Origin: Paraspadella gotoi
Taxonomy: Eukaryota > Animalia > Chaetognatha
DNA: 64,000 nucleotides
Assembly (NCBI GenBank): GCA_051294375.1
Contig: CM119269.1
Span: 1 to 64,000, forward strand
Direction of reading: 5' to 3'
The notes beneath the pieces are model-generated. The model was not told the origin of the DNA and made no database searches. It saw only the letters and a list, made by a program, of their open reading frames with translations. Numbering within the stretch: the stretch's first letter is position 1; every line of letters begins with the position of its first letter. The position numbers and the translations under genes are program-made. Positions 23,440-37,184 of this stretch are shown here, one piece after another.

Positions 23440-24942
23440 CTTTTTCTTTTTTTTTTGTTTTTTTATTTTTATTTTTTTTTCTTTTTCTTTTTTTTTTCTT
23501 TTTTTTGTTTTTTTTTCTTTTTTCTTTATTATTTTTATTTTTTTTTTCTTGCTTTTGTTTTTTCTTGTTTGTTTTTTTTTTCTTTTTTCTTTTACTTTTC
23601 GTATATATTTTTTTCTTTTTCTTTTTTCTTTTCTTTTCTTTCTTTTACTTTTTCTTTTCTTTACTTTACTTTTCTTTTCTATTTTTTCTTTCCTTATGCT
23701 TTTCTTTTCTTTGCTTTTTTTCTTTTTCTATTTTCTCTTTTTTTTCTTTCTTTTCTTTTCTTTCTTCTTCTTTTCTTTTCTTTTCTTTTTTTTATTTTTT
23801 TTTCTTTTCTTTTTTCTTTTCTTTTCTTTTCTATTATTTTTTATTATTCTTTTCCTTTTCTTACTTTCTTTCTATTCTTTTCTTTTCTTTGCTTTTCTTC
23901 TTTTTTCTATTATTTTCCTCTTTTTTTTTTTTTTTTCTTCTCTTCTTTTCTATTATATTTCTTTTCTTTTTTCTTTTCTTTCTTCTATCTTCTTTCTTCT
24001 TTTTATTTTTTCTTTTCTTGTTTTTTTCGTGTTTTTTTTTTCTTTTTTCTTCCCTTTTTGTCCTTTTCTTCCTTTCTTTAATCATCTTCTTTCGTTTCCT
24101 TCCTCTCGATCTCTCTCACTACCTTCTCTTCTCGTTGTCTCATCTCTCTCTCTCTCTCTCTCTATCTCGTTCTCTCGTCCTTCTCTCCCCTCTTCTCTCT
24201 CTCGTTCCATCCTACGCTTTTTCATCGTCAAATGACCTGACATCGACAAGAGGAAAGCGACCATCACAACTTTCTCATAATTCAATGAGGCCGTAATGAC
24301 TTTTGCGTTCTATGGTGGCGATAACGAGTGAAGGCCGATCATATCTCATTAGTAGAGCTGACATCGACTGAATATACGAAATGGAGCGATTGTTGTCGTC
24401 AATTTTTGAATAAAGGTTACAAAATGAGAGAATGAAAAGCCTAATTTAATGGATTACTAAGAAATAATAGAAGCGCGCTTTTTTTTAAAAAAAAGAAGCG
24501 TTACAAAGGATTTGAATTCAACATTTAAACATTTTTTAACCTATTTTTAAACCATCTCTATTGTTCTGTTGTTCTGAAAAAGAATATTTGTAACCAATAA
24601 CATGTAGTTATTGAATTATTCAATTAGCTTTTTTAATTTGATGAAGCAGAACTTTCTAGTCGTTCCCTTCTCTAAGCTTCTTTTCTATCCTTCCCTCTCT
24701 CCTCTTCTCTCTTCCTCTTCTCTTCTCTCTCTCTTTTCTCCTCTCCTCTCCTCTCCTCCTCTCCCACTCTCTCTCCGTAACATTGACGATTATCGTGCAA
24801 CCAAGGCCTCTTCTCTCTCTCTCTCTCTTCCTCTTCTCTCTCTCTCTCTCCTCTTCTCTCTCTCTCTCTCTCTCTCTCTGTTCTCTCTCTTCCCGACGAT
24901 GACTTTGGATGTTTGTATGTTCACTCCCAAATTTTCTTGACC

Positions 24943-25004
<62 letters not shown>

Positions 25005-25329
25005 AGAGAGAGAGAGAGAGATAAGTAAAAAAGAGATTTATAGAAAAGAGTAAAGAAAAACAGAATTCGGATAAAACTGATGATCAGATTTATGGGTCGA
25101 AGCAAAAGGTCAAAACAAAAACCGGGTCATCTCACAAAGGGTCAAAACAAAATATAAAGGAACATAGAGAGTCAAAGATAGAAAGGGAAAAGAGAAAATC
25201 AAGTAAGAAAGAAAAGAAAAGGAAAAGATATAAGGAAAATAAAAAAAAATGCGTCGAACTTTCGCTACGATTTTTATACTTTGCAGCAGCCACAGCCCCA
25301 GCCGCTTCAGCCGCCGCCGCAGCCACTTT

Positions 25330-26038
25330 TTTTCTCTAACATCAAAGTTGAATCAGAACCAAAAATAGATCGTTCCGCGACTCGGGTAAAATCGCCGAAA
25401 GCCGGATTCTATTCTCTCATGTGGACGAAACACCAAGTGAAGCCACCAATCACAAGATGGGCTTCATGCCCAAAGGATGATCCGATTGCCCTGTATAAAT
25501 TTCTGACCATTTTTGTACTGATTCACTTTGTCACAAATCCGACACCGTCTTGCGCTTGTTCATATATTGAAATAAATTCCACGTCGGTTTCATATTGAAA
25601 TCCCTGTCTACTTACTTAAATGTGGTGGCAGCGTTGCGATTCGAACCCACGCCTCGGAAGAGATTGGTATTGTTCTCTGGAATCGGATCGGCGACGCGAG
25701 AAAAAATTATAAGAAACTCTCTTGTTGGTCAACAAAATTACAAGAGACTCTCTCATTGGTCAAACGAAATACAAGAGACTCTCTCATTGGTCAACGACAA
25801 ATGCACCGATCAATGATCAGCCGGCTTTTTTCATCCGGCGGGCAAAGTTGCAGAGCCACGGATCGATTCCCTTGTATAATAGCTCTTGTTTTCCATGGCA
25901 GTCACTCTGTCTAAAAATTGATACCATTTTCACTGCCTATTTCTTGCTAATAATCCACGTTGGTTTCACTGAGAAATCCCTGTCTAACTTACTTAGATGT
26001 TGTGGCAGTGGTGGGATTCGATACCACGCCTCCGAAGA
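25330..26038 (+). mobile_element. Mirror copy of the tandem LTR-like/tRNA-Leu units
   Basis: CCAAT 25446, TATAAA 25494, AATAAA 25571, TTAAATG then TGGTGGCAGCG at 25623; second tRNA complement at ~26000-26038. Confidence 0.65.
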
Positions 26039-26696
26039 ATATTATCATAGAAATAATGAGAATCAGTCAGATGACGGAAAATGACATAGAATAATAGCTG
26101 TATACAGTAACTTTCTTCTTTACTCGATAAACTGGAGGAGCGGATTATCTCAAAACTGAGTTGGAATCAGCTCAGATATGAGTAATAGATGCAGGAAGGT
26201 AGCTTGTGTCCCATTTGACGATTTTTAAAAATTCAAAAAAATTGCGCTTCAGCACCCTAAAAAAAATTTTTACAATATTTGCTCTAACGCAGTTATTAAT
26301 GAAGCTAGCCCCATATTTTTTGCTCATAAATACTCCGAGACGAGAACTACATAATGATGTAATAAAAATTTTTTGATAATTTTAATTTTTTTTGTTTAAT
26401 AATTAATTTAGTCAAAATAAAATCAAAAGTATACTGTAAATATCCAAGGTAATTGATTCTTTTTTTATACAAAATGATACATTGAACAAGAGCAGTTTTA
26501 ATAAATAACAAATAAATTTTAAAAATTATTTTAAATACCAAAAAATATTTTTTCAATATTATAAAAATATATTATAGTCTTAAAACTAATTAAAATATTT
26601 AAAAACTATAAAGGGTTTGAAAGCGGACATCATGCTATTCCAATCTGTTTTTTGTTTTTTAAATTTTGATTTCTTGTTTCTTGTTTTACAGACTCG

Positions 26697-27397
26697 TACA
26701 TTGTAAAAATTAAGGAAAATCATCCCTTTTTTCAAACCTTATAAAAAATGATAGGTCCATGTATTGAAAAAAAATTTAACTAACTTGAAAAAGTAATATC
26801 TTCTTGCTATTAAAATTTTAAATGAGAAAGGATAAGATTGCCAAAGATATAAAGGGAAGAAGTGTCATTATTTATATTTTTATGAAAAGAATAAGATTTT
26901 TTTTAATAAGCAATTGAACCATTCTTTCATGGCCGAGCGGCAAGGGCAGAGGTTCTTCTCAGACGAGGGTTAGTAAGGACTTAATTTTTCTGCAATATTG
27001 AGGACAACCTCACAACTTTTTGAGTTCACCGATCTTTTTCACCTTTTTTCTTACCTCTTACTTGCACAACCAAAGTCAGAGTTCTAATGCAGAAATAATG
27101 AGATAGACCTTCCATGCATGAAAAGTTTTTAAATCAAAAAAAAACGAGTATTGGTAAAGGTACCAACATCATATGAATTTTTTGAATATTTTTTTTCAAA
27201 GATTTTTACAGTAATGCTGCCAACTCTGAAAAAAAAATAAAAAAAATACTAAAAAATTGACCTTTTTGATAAATATCTTTTAAAGCTTTATTGCTACAGG
27301 GTCGAAACCCCAATCTATCTTGTAGTAGGGGTAGTCCCACTCAATGGAATGCACTTTTATATAAAATCTTAAAAGCATAAGGTCGTCGCAATTGCAT

Positions 27398-27448
<51 letters not shown>

Positions 27449-29815
27449 AGAAAATCGTTTTCGGACGAATCACGAAGAGAGCGCGTTCAAACTATTTTGG
27501 GCAGTAGGTGTTTTTACGGTTTTTTTCCTCAAATTAATCTTAGTTTCTTTAATCTTTAGTGACGTCGAATCGTCTTACGGCGCCTAAGAACGGTGTGAAG
27601 GTTTCAGTAACTAGACAACTCAAATAAACAAATATTGACGGACGCCGTAAGGCAGCGCTCGTACGACTATGCAGTGCAATACAACTATTCAGTAAACGTA
27701 TGACTATTCTTTACAGAGAGAGGAAGGGACATAAAAAAATATTATGTTGTTTTTTTGTTTTAGTCGAATCTGCTTATCAGCAGATCCGACTCTAATAATT
27801 CACTTTGTCGGTCCGTCGGTCCGCCCCTCAATATTGTCGGGCACTACTTATTCATGTCAGAACATCGAATTATGATAAATTATGCAAATAAATGTGTCGT
27901 CCGTCCGTCCGTCCGTCCGTCGTCCTACCTTAGCAAAAAAAACCCATTACTCGTGATTGGATGGATGGATTTGAATGGAATTTTTGTGTGTGGGTAGGGA
28001 AGTGTGTGATTGAGCCTAGATATAAAGTATTCGATGGAATCGTCCAAGTGGAATGATTTAAATGGAAAAACAAAAAAATATAATTCACTATTTGAACACC
28101 ATTGCTCATGAGTGGATTGGCGATTGGACTGGAATTTTGTATGTGGGTAGGAAAGTGTGTGATGAACAGGAAATCAAGTTTCGATGGAATAGTTTGAGTG
28201 GAAATGAGTTTAAATGGAAAAAAACAAAAAAACTGTTTCGCTATTGATTATGATTCTTTTTCCTTTTAGATTAATGTATATGCAGGATGTATTAATAATC
28301 AGAATAATTAATCAGTTAATTAATCAATTAGTCAATTAATTAATCAATAATTAATTAATCAGTCAATCAATCCGTCCATCCGTCCCACCTTAGCAAAAAG
28401 CTCCAATACTCGTGATTGCTGGTTGGATTGAAATGGAAATTTTGTGTGTGGGTAGGAAAGTGAGTGATAAAGCTGGATATAAAGTTTCGACGGAATCGTG
28501 TGAGTGGAATGAGTTTAAGTGGAAAAACATAAGTCCGCATTTACTAAAATATTTTTACTTATTTAACCAATAAGACTCTAATTTTAATCATAATTGGATG
28601 GATAGATTGAGTTCAAATTTGTTGTGTGGTAGAAAAATGTGTAACGATGCTTGATATAAGTTTCGTGGAAACGTACGAGTGAAATGAGTTTAAATGAAAA
28701 AAAAATATATGAGTCATATTTACTTGAATCTTTTTACTATTTTAACCCATAATAGATTGAGATGAAAATTTTGTGAGCGGTAGGAAAGTGTGTGAAAAGC
28801 TAGATATAAAATTTTGACCGAATTGTGCCAGTGGAAATGAGTTTAAATGGAAAAAAACATAAGTCAATTTACTCTAAGAAAAAGTGCTTCCCCTTTTCTT
28901 TTGAACGTAGTTCAAAACCTATTAAATAAAAATAATTATTAAGGTAAGTAATTTTTTTTAAATTTAAAAGTTTTTAACTATATCTTTTTTTTTTAAATTC
29001 TTTTAGCAAAACAAAGGAAATTATCTCTCTATTCATGAGCATAATTTTTTTTTAAATCTTTCAAAACATTGTTAAAAATATCATTTTTTAAAAAGATTAT
29101 CAAAAATAGCCTAAAACAAATAGGTTAAAAAAATTAATTTGGTAAAAAAAATAACTTAATTTATAATGCGAGGTATGTAACAAGTCAATTTTTTCCCTCT
29201 CAAGATAAATTGGGTTTCGTCCCTGTAGTAATAAATCTTTAAAAGATATTTTATGAAAAGTAAATTTTTTTTACCTTTTTTCATTTTTTTCAGAGTTGGC
29301 CGCATTTACTGTAAGTTTTTTTTGAAAACAAATGTTCAAAAAATTCATATGATATTATGGGCACCTTTACACAAACGTTTTTTTGATTTTAAAAACTTTC
29401 ATATATGGAAAGTCTACTCTTTATGTCTGCATTAGAACGCTGACTTTGGTTGTACAATGTTAGGTAAGAAAAAGATAGGTGAACTCCAAAATGTTGTGAG
29501 GTTGTCCTCATATGCAGAAATATTTTAAGTCCTTACTAAATCCTAGTCTTTGAAGAACTCGCCTCAGCCGCTTGGGCCATGAGAGAAGCTTCAATTGCCT
29601 ATTTAAAAAAATCTTATCTTTTTTTCATAAAAAATATAAATAATGAACACTTCTTCCCTTGATATCTTTGGCAAATCTTATTCTTCTCACTTAAATTTGA
29701 TAGAGTAGATATTACATTTTTAAAGTTAACTTTAAATTTTTTTTCCAATACATGGACCCAATCATTTTTATAAGGTTTGAAAAAGAGACGATTTCTTAAT
29801 ATTTTTACAAATGTA
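26697..29815. mobile_element. Foldback-like element, or two inverted repeat copies, with ~620-bp diverged arms (26697-27322 / 29201-29815)
   Basis: CAAACCTTATAAAAAATGATAGGTCCATGTATTG pairs with CAATACATGGACCCAATCATTTTTATAAGGTTTG. The arms differ by many substitutions; the right end is cut by an N gap. Confidence 0.65.
27757..28870 (+). mobile_element. Helentron-associated / DINE-1-like non-autonomous element
   Basis: T-run, 5' hairpin AGTCGAATCTGC-TTATCA-GCAGATCCGACT (27762-27791), (GTCC)n microsatellite and ~5 central repeats of ~115 bp (GTGGGTAGGAAAGTGTGTGA...GAGTTTAAATGGAAAAAAC). 3' terminus not found. Confidence 0.6.
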
Positions 29816-30449
29816 TTGNNNNNNNNNNNNNNNNNNNNNNNNNTGTTCTTTTTCTCTTCTTTTCTATTTTCTTTTCTTTTCTTTTCTTTTCTTTTTTTCT
29901 TTTCTTCTCTACTTTCTTGCTTTCTTTTCTTTTTCTTTGGCTTTCTTTCTTTTCTATTTTTTTCTTTCTTTTCTCTTTTTCCCTTCTTTTCTTTTCTTTC
30001 TTTTCTATTTTCGTTCTTTTCTATCTTTTTTTCTCTTTCTTGCTTTTCTTTTCTTTTCTTTTTCTTTCTTTTTTTTCTTTGCTTTTTCTTTTCTATTCCT
30101 ATTATATTTTTTTCTTCTTTCTCTGCTTTCTATTTTCTTTTCTTTTTCTTCTCTTTTCCCTTTCTCTTTTCTACTTTTCTATTCTTTTCTTTCTTTTTTT
30201 CTTTTCTTTTACTTTTCTTTTCTTTTCTTTAACTTTTCTTTCTATGCTTTTTCTTTTCTTTTTAGCTTTCTTTTCTTTTACTTTTTTTTCCTTCTTTTCT
30301 CCTTTCTCTTTTTATTCTTTTCTTTTCTTTTTCTTTCTTTTCTTTTCCTTTTCTTTCTACTTTTTTTTTCTTTTTCTTTTCTTTTTTCTTTTTCTTTTTC
30401 TTTTCTTTTCTATTATTTTCTTTTCTTTTCTTTTATCTTACTTTTCTAT

Positions 30450-33100
30450 TCTAAAATGTAAAAATAAAATCGTTATTGAAATTAATTTCAAACATTTTCT
30501 AATTCTGTAACACAATGTTTTTTTTATAGAATTATCATGATCAAGAATATTGCTGGGATTTTTGCAACTTCGTCGCCGTTTACATTTCTGTCTGTAACTT
30601 ATCCTCTGATAGCATCTCCTTTTGTATCTCTGATCGCATCTCCATTTGCATCTCTGATCGCATCTCCGTTTGCATCTCTGATCGCATCTCCATCTTCTAT
30701 TGTTTTGTCTGGCGCCAAAATCGTTCGACCTGAAAGAAAAGGTTGAATGGATTTTGGATCGTTGCCAGTTTGATGCCATCTCGATCCCATCTCGATGCCA
30801 CTTCGGTGCCATTTAGACGTCCCCAAAGTCTCGCTGGATTTACGAACTTCACAACCTGTGAGAATGTGAGATCTTTTTCTTTTGGCGCAATTTTTTTTTC
30901 TTCTGTGTTTTTGGCAAAAAAGTCGATCAGCTTTTGTCTATCATTTCTCCCTTCTTTCTCTTTTTTCTTCCCTTCCTTCCTTCTTTAAAATAATACTCAC
31001 TCTTTTTTTCCATCTTCCTACCTTCCTTCATTCCTATTTCCTTCGATCCTAACTCCCTCTTTCGTTTCTCTTCTCTCCCTCCCTCTCTCCCTTTCTCTCT
31101 CTCTTTTCTTCTCTCTCTCCTTCCTTCACCTCTTTCTTCATCCTTCTACCTTCCTTCCTATCTCCTTCGATTCCGTCTCCCTCTCTCTCTCCCTTCCTCA
31201 CTCCCTCTCTCTCTATCTCTATCTCTGCCTCCCTATCTCTCTCTTCCACCCTCTCTTCCTCTCTCACCCGCCCTCTCTCCCTCTCTTTGCCTTCCTTCTT
31301 CCCTCCCTGGGAAAAAGGAAAAGAAACGAGAAAAAAAAGAGAAGGAGAAGTAAAATAAAAATAGAAGAAAAGAAAAAGAGAATGAGCGAAAAGGGAAAAA
31401 GCAAGAGCAAAAAAAGATAATAGATATAGAAAAAGGAAAAAGCCCCAAAGAAAAAAAAAAAGAATAGAAAAAGAAAGAAAAGAAGAAGACAAGAAGAAAG
31501 AAAAAAAAGAATGAGAAAAGAAAAGAAAAGAAGAAAGAAAGAAAAAAGGGAAAAGAAGAAAAGAAGGGAAAAGAGGAGAAGGGAAATATTAAGAAAAAAA
31601 AAGAAGAAAAGAAAAGAAAAGAGAAAGAAAAGAAAGGAAAAAAAGAAAGATAAAATAGAAAGAGGAAAGAAAAGAAAAAAAAAGAAAAAAAAGAAGAAAA
31701 AGGAAAAGAAAAGAAAAAGAAAAGAAAAGAAGAAAAAGAGAAAAAAGAAAGAAAGAAAAAAAATCTAATAGAGAAAGAAAAGAAAAGAAGGAAAAAATAA
31801 TAGAAAGAAAAGTAGAAAGAAAGAAAGGAAAAAGAAAAGAAAAGAAACAGAAAAAAGAAAATAGAAAGTAAAGAAAAGTTAGAAAGAAAAAAAAAGAAGA
31901 AGAATAGAAAAGAAGAAAAAAGAAAAAAAAAAAAAAAAAGGAAAAAGAAAAAAAAAAAGAAAGAAAATAAAGAAAAAAAAAAAGAAAAAAGAAAAAGAAA
32001 AAAAGAAGAAAAAAAAGAAAAAAAGAAAAAAAAAAAAAAAGAAAAGAAAAGGAAAAGAAAGGGAAAGGATTAAAAACTGTAACCCAAACCAGCCAGTAAG
32101 CAAAACAAGCAAAACAAGCAAAGCAAGCAAAGGTCAGATTCTCGCATAGAACTTAACGTCGCTTGGGAAGAGAAAGCAACTGACGCCTCGACATCCGTCG
32201 GGAAAACGACAACACAACAAAAAACAACAACAACCAAAACAACAACAACAGACATAAAAACAAACAACTCCGCCAAATCTGACTTTTATATTTTTGCTGT
32301 CGAAGTGAGTCTCCCGGCTTATCGTCGTCTCGGCTTGAGACAAGTAAAGAGTGGAGACTTGTTGTTCGTCGTCGTCGTCGTCGTCGTCGTCGTCTCGTCG
32401 TCTTCGTCGTCCGTACTTTTCCTATTATTTTGTTCCCGAATTATTTTTGTTGCTTCCATTTTTACTTCTCGTTTTTTCAATATTTTTTGTTATAACAAAA
32501 ATGTTAAAAAATAAAATCGTTATTGAAAATTAATTTCAAACATTTTCTAATTCTGTAACCATTTTTATAGAATTTTTTATCAGAATTATGCTGGATTTTT
32601 GCACAACTTTCGTCGCCGTTTACATTTCTGTCTGTAACTTATCCTCTGGATAGCATTCTCACTCCGTCTCTATCTCTGGATCGCATTCCTTATGCATCTC
32701 TGATCGCCATCTCCATCTTCTATTGTTTTGTCTGGCGCCAAAAATCGTTCGACCTGAAGAAAAGATTTGAATGGATTGACTCGTTTGCCAGTTTGATGCC
32801 ATCTCGATCCCATCTCGATGCCACTTCGGTTGCCATTTAGACGTCCCCAAAGTCTCGCTGGTGGATACGAACTTCACAACCTTGAGAATGTGAGATCTTT
32901 TTTCTTTTGGCGCAATTTTTTTTTTCTTCTGTTTTTTGGCAAAAAAGTCATATCAGCTTTTGTCTATCATTTCTCCCTTCTTTCTCTTTTTCTTCCCTTC
33001 CTTCCTTCTTTTTTTAAAATAATACTCACTCTTTTTTCCATCTTCCTACCTTCCTTCATATTCTTGCTATGTCATATCGATCCTAACTCCCCTTCGTTTC
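30450..33100. repeat. Direct duplication 30450-31060 / 32495-33100, with an internal 24-bp minisatellite (30595-30695)
   Basis: AAATAAAATCGTTATTGAAA...CCATTTAGACGTCCCCAAAGTCTCGCTGG occurs twice in the same orientation. Confidence 0.9.
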
Positions 33101-33429
33101 GCTCTTCTTTCCACCCTCGTCTCCACTCGCCTTCTCTCCTTCTCTTTCTCCCTGCGTCTCCCATTGCTGTCTTCCCCTGTCCTTCCTCTCCTATCCTCTC
33201 TTTGCCTTCTCCTTCCCTCCTCTCGCTCCTCTCTTATACCACTTCTCCCTCTACCCCCACCCATCTCCCTCCTCTCTTATTACGTGCCTTCTGCCTTCTC
33301 CTAGTCGTGTACACGCTCTCTCCTTCTCTTTTGATTCTCCCTTGTCGCTCCCCATTCTCCCCTTCTTCAGCCTCTCTTTGGGCTTCCTCTTCTCTTCTTT
33401 CTTCTCTTTTCTCCCTCTCTCCCCATCTC

Positions 33430-35739
33430 CCTCCCTCTCTTCCGTCTCATCCTCCTTTCTCCGTCACCACGAATTCTCCCTTTGATCCCTTTTTGTTTGT
33501 CGTTCATCGTCGTCGTCGTCGTCGTCCGTTTGTCGTCGTCTTCGAATTAAGCTTCGTTGATTCCGATTATTTCCTTTTTCCGTTTCAGTGTTTTGTATGT
33601 GCATTATTTGATCACGTGAACTCTTGTGATATTCGATCACCATGCAACCATGAGATCCACTGTCGTGGGATGAAAAGGCACGAGGGAAACCAAAAAAGTT
33701 GAACCTGTTTATTTGTCTTGATATGATTTTCTGGTTGAAGGGAGTTTTGTGTTGTGTGAAACACACACTTTGTGGATAAGGCGTTTAAGTGGGCTGAAGT
33801 GACTATACCGTAACTTCTATTAACCCCCATTAGTAGCCATGTGGAACGTCCTGAGGGCTTGGAACAGGCTGTGAGGGTTTGCCACGCCCCCAAGGCGGAT
33901 TACGGCCTCCTCACTCTGCCCGCAGGGCAGGTCCGGTTGGGATTGAACCGCGGGGTACCTAGTGGTCATTGAGGCTGATGGCTTGGCTCAATGAGCCAAA
34001 CCGCGTCACAACTGAACAAGAGTCCATTGCTTATAAGCGGGCGTGGAAACCTAAGGCAATGCTCCCGACTACAACTTGTTTGTCGTCTATGAAGGTAAAG
34101 AAAGTATTTGCACAGTTAGAAAAAGCTGAGGGAGTTATTACTCTCTCTCTCGTTTCCTCGTGCGGTGCTCTCTCTGCTGCGTCTCTCTCTCTCTTCTCTC
34201 TCTGCTCTCTCTCTCTCTCTCCTGTCTCTCCTCTTCTCGTCTTTCTCTTATCTTCTTCCTTTTTGTTTTTATTTGAAATTTTCTAACTTTTCTTTTTTTC
34301 TTCACCTTCTTTTCGTTTCCTCCATTTTTTTCGATTTTCTTTCCTTTCCTCTGTTTTCTCCTTTTCGCTCTAATTTTCTTTACTTTTCGTTTCTTCTTCT
34401 CTACCTTCTTTTCGTCCTTCCATTTTTTCGATTTTCTTTCCTTTCCTCCTGGTTTTCTNNNNNNNNNNNNNNNNNNNNNNNNNCTCTCCTTCTCTTTCTC
34501 CCCTCGCCTCCCCCCATCTCCCTCCATCACTCCCTCTCTTTGCCTTCCTCCTATCCTCCCTCTCTCCCTTCTCTTTCTCCCTTTCTCCCTCCTCCTCCCA
34601 AAAAAGATAAAAAAAAAATAACAAAACAAAAAAAAAAAAATAAATAAATAAAAAAACAAAAAAAGCATACACATACAATAAAAATCACAAAAAAAAAAAA
34701 AAACAAAAAAAAATATCTCCCTCCTTCTCTTCCCTCTCTTTGCTTCCTCCTTCCCTCCCTCTCTTCATCTCTTTCTTTCCTCTTCTCCATCTCTCTCCTC
34801 TCTCCCTCTCTTGCCTTTCCCTCCTTCTCCCTCTCTGCCTTCTCTCTCCCCTCTTTCCTCTCTCCATCTCCCTCCTTCTCTCCCTCTCTTTGCCTTCCTC
34901 CTTCACTCTCTTCCTTCTACTTTCTCCCTCCCTCTTCCCAAAATCTCCCGCCCTCTCTCCCTCTGCTGTTTGCCTTCCTCCTTTCCTCCCTCTCTTCCTC
35001 TACTTTTTCTCCCTCTCTTTCCCATCTCCCCGGCCCTCTCTCCCTCTCTTTTGCCTTCTCCTTTCCTCTCCCTTTTCTCCTTCTCTTTCTCCCCTCTCCC
35101 TCTCTCCCATCTTCCCGCCCTCTCTCCTTCTCTTTGCCTTCTCTTCCCTCCCTTTCTCCTTCTCTTTTCTCCCCTCTCCCTCCCCTCTCCCAATCTCCCG
35201 CCCTCTCTCCCTCCTTTTGCCTTCCTCCTTCCCTCCCTCTCTCCTTCTCTTTCTCCCTCTCCCTCTCTCCCCATCTCCCTCCCTCCTCTCCCTCTCTCCT
35301 TCTCTTCTCCACCTCTCCCCTCTCTCTCCATCTCTTCTCCCTCTCTTCCTCTCATCCTCATTTCTACGTCACAACGATTCTCCCTTTGCATGTTTCCCTT
35401 TTTGTGTCGTCGTCATCGTCCGTCATCGTCGTTCGTCGTCGTCGCTTCGATTTAAGCTTCGTTGATTCCTGATTATTTCCTTTTTCCGTTTGTCATTATT
35501 TTGATCACCCCGTGAACTCTTGGATTATCTCGATCACCTTCAACCATGAGATCACTGTGTGAGGTGAGAAATGGGGGGGGGCGCCGAGGAAACAAAAGGT
35601 TTGACCCTGTTTATGTCATCTGGTATGATTTTCTGTTTGAAGCGAGTTTGTGTGTGTGAGACACACACGTGTTTGCTGTCAGTGCATTAAAAAGACGTGT
35701 ATTTGCACACGTCTAGAATAAAGCTGAGGAGAGTATTCA

Positions 35740-35806
<67 letters not shown>

Positions 35807-36010
35807 CTTTTTTCTGTCTTTTTTATTTGAAATTTTCTTACTTTTCTTTTTTTCTTCTACCTTCTTTTCGTTCCTCCATTTTTTTCGATTTTCTTTCCTT
35901 TTCTCTGTTTTCTCCTTTCGCTCCAATTTTCTTTACTTTTCGCTTTTCTTTTCTTCTTACCTTCTTTTCGTTCCTTCCATTTTTTCGATTTTCTTTCCTT
36001 TCCTCTTGTT
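33430..36010. repeat. Direct duplication 33430-33770 / 35350-35670 and 34140-34460 / 35740-36010
   Basis: TTAAGCTTCGTTGATTCC and CTCCATTTTTTTCGATTTTCTTTCC blocks are repeated on either side of a 25-N gap. Confidence 0.8.
33850..34008 (-). mobile_element. tRNA-derived SINE-like head and body
   Basis: Minus-strand A-box-like TGGCTCATTGAG (33987-33998) and B-box-like GGTTCAATCCC (33939-33949). Related fragments near 56090-56170 and 57540-57575. Confidence 0.45.
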
Positions 36011-36127
36011 TTTCCTTTTCCTCTAATTTTCCAAGTTTTTCTTTTTGTTTCCGGACTCTAAATTCCTAATCAGTCATGAACATCAAATTGATCGCTTCTC
36101 CCGGTATTTGCTTTCTCTTCTCTCTCT

Positions 36128-36185
<58 letters not shown>

Positions 36186-36843
36186 ATTCTCCCCTCCGAC
36201 CTCCCTCCTTCCCTCGTTCGGGAAATTCCTAATCCCGAACCGAACATAAAAACATTCTGCATCAAACAGTAATGCGGATGGAGAAGGGGAGTGAGAGGAA
36301 AGGAAAAAGGAGAATGAGGAGAAAAGAATGGGGAAGGGAAGATAGAGAGAAGGAGAGAGACGAGAGAGAGAGATATGAGAGAACAGAGAGAACAGGAGAG
36401 ATACAGAGATCATGCGTGTCTCGCTGTCCATGTCCCTTAAGCGTGATCACATCTCAACTTCTACTATTATTCTTTCTTATCTAATTTTTTTTTTGTTATT
36501 TTTATTTTCTTAATTCTTTACTATTGTATTTTATATTTTTCCTTTCTATTCTTTTAATTTTATTTATTTATTTGTATATAACTTTGTTTAAAAGTTTCTT
36601 GAACAAAAATATTAATCTAATTCATAATTTCCGTCGCATATCAAACTCTACTTTGAGATACATTACATCATTGTTGGAAATTTTACAATTTTAGCAGTAA
36701 TAAAGTATCAAAATAGTGTAGAATAACCAGCCATTCAAAAAATCTAAAAATAGAATCTGATGAATAAAACAATTTTGATTTAAAAAAAAAGTTGTTTGAT
36801 CCACCTATCAATATTCTCTCTTTCTTTTTCTCTCTCTCACTTT

Positions 36844-36901
<58 letters not shown>

Positions 36902-37184
36902 TTCCCCATATCCATTTCCCCATTTTCTTCGTTGATGAATTTTACCCCGACAATTGCTTCCTAGGATTTTTCTCGCAAAACGACAGAATTCCTTCCCTCA
37001 CCTATATATCCACTTATATCCAACTTATATTCCATTCACATGCACCTCTTTATTAGATCACTTCATCATTCAACAAAATCACTTCATTATTTATGTCACT
37101 TCAATACATTCATTCTACACATTTTTAATCCTTCCTTAATCCCTTCCTAATCCCGTTCCTTAATCTCCAACACTTAAATTGCAA

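Larger units (their letters stand above)
18900..26092. repeat. Nested inverted duplication: 18900-19965 / 25020-26092 and 21460-22300 / 23830-24810
   Basis: Mirror ORFs MQQPQPQPLQPPPQP at 19498(-) and 25281(+). TGTGATGGTCGCTTCC at 21941 pairs with GGAAAGCGACCATCACA at 24252. Confidence 0.9.
22300..32460. repeat. Inverted duplication 22300-23500 / 31310-32460 including long T/C- and A/G-rich tracts
   Basis: AAGTCTCCACTCTTTAC...CAGATTTGGCGG (22442-22527) is the reverse complement of 32270-32360. Confidence 0.85.

Noticed and set aside
22531-24296. Long F/L/S-rich ORFs (516 aa here; also 37502-38995, 44239-45417, 51770-52594) and the many ERER/SLSL ORFs
   Set aside because: They are translations of stop-free T/C or GA low-complexity tracts with no protein-like content.
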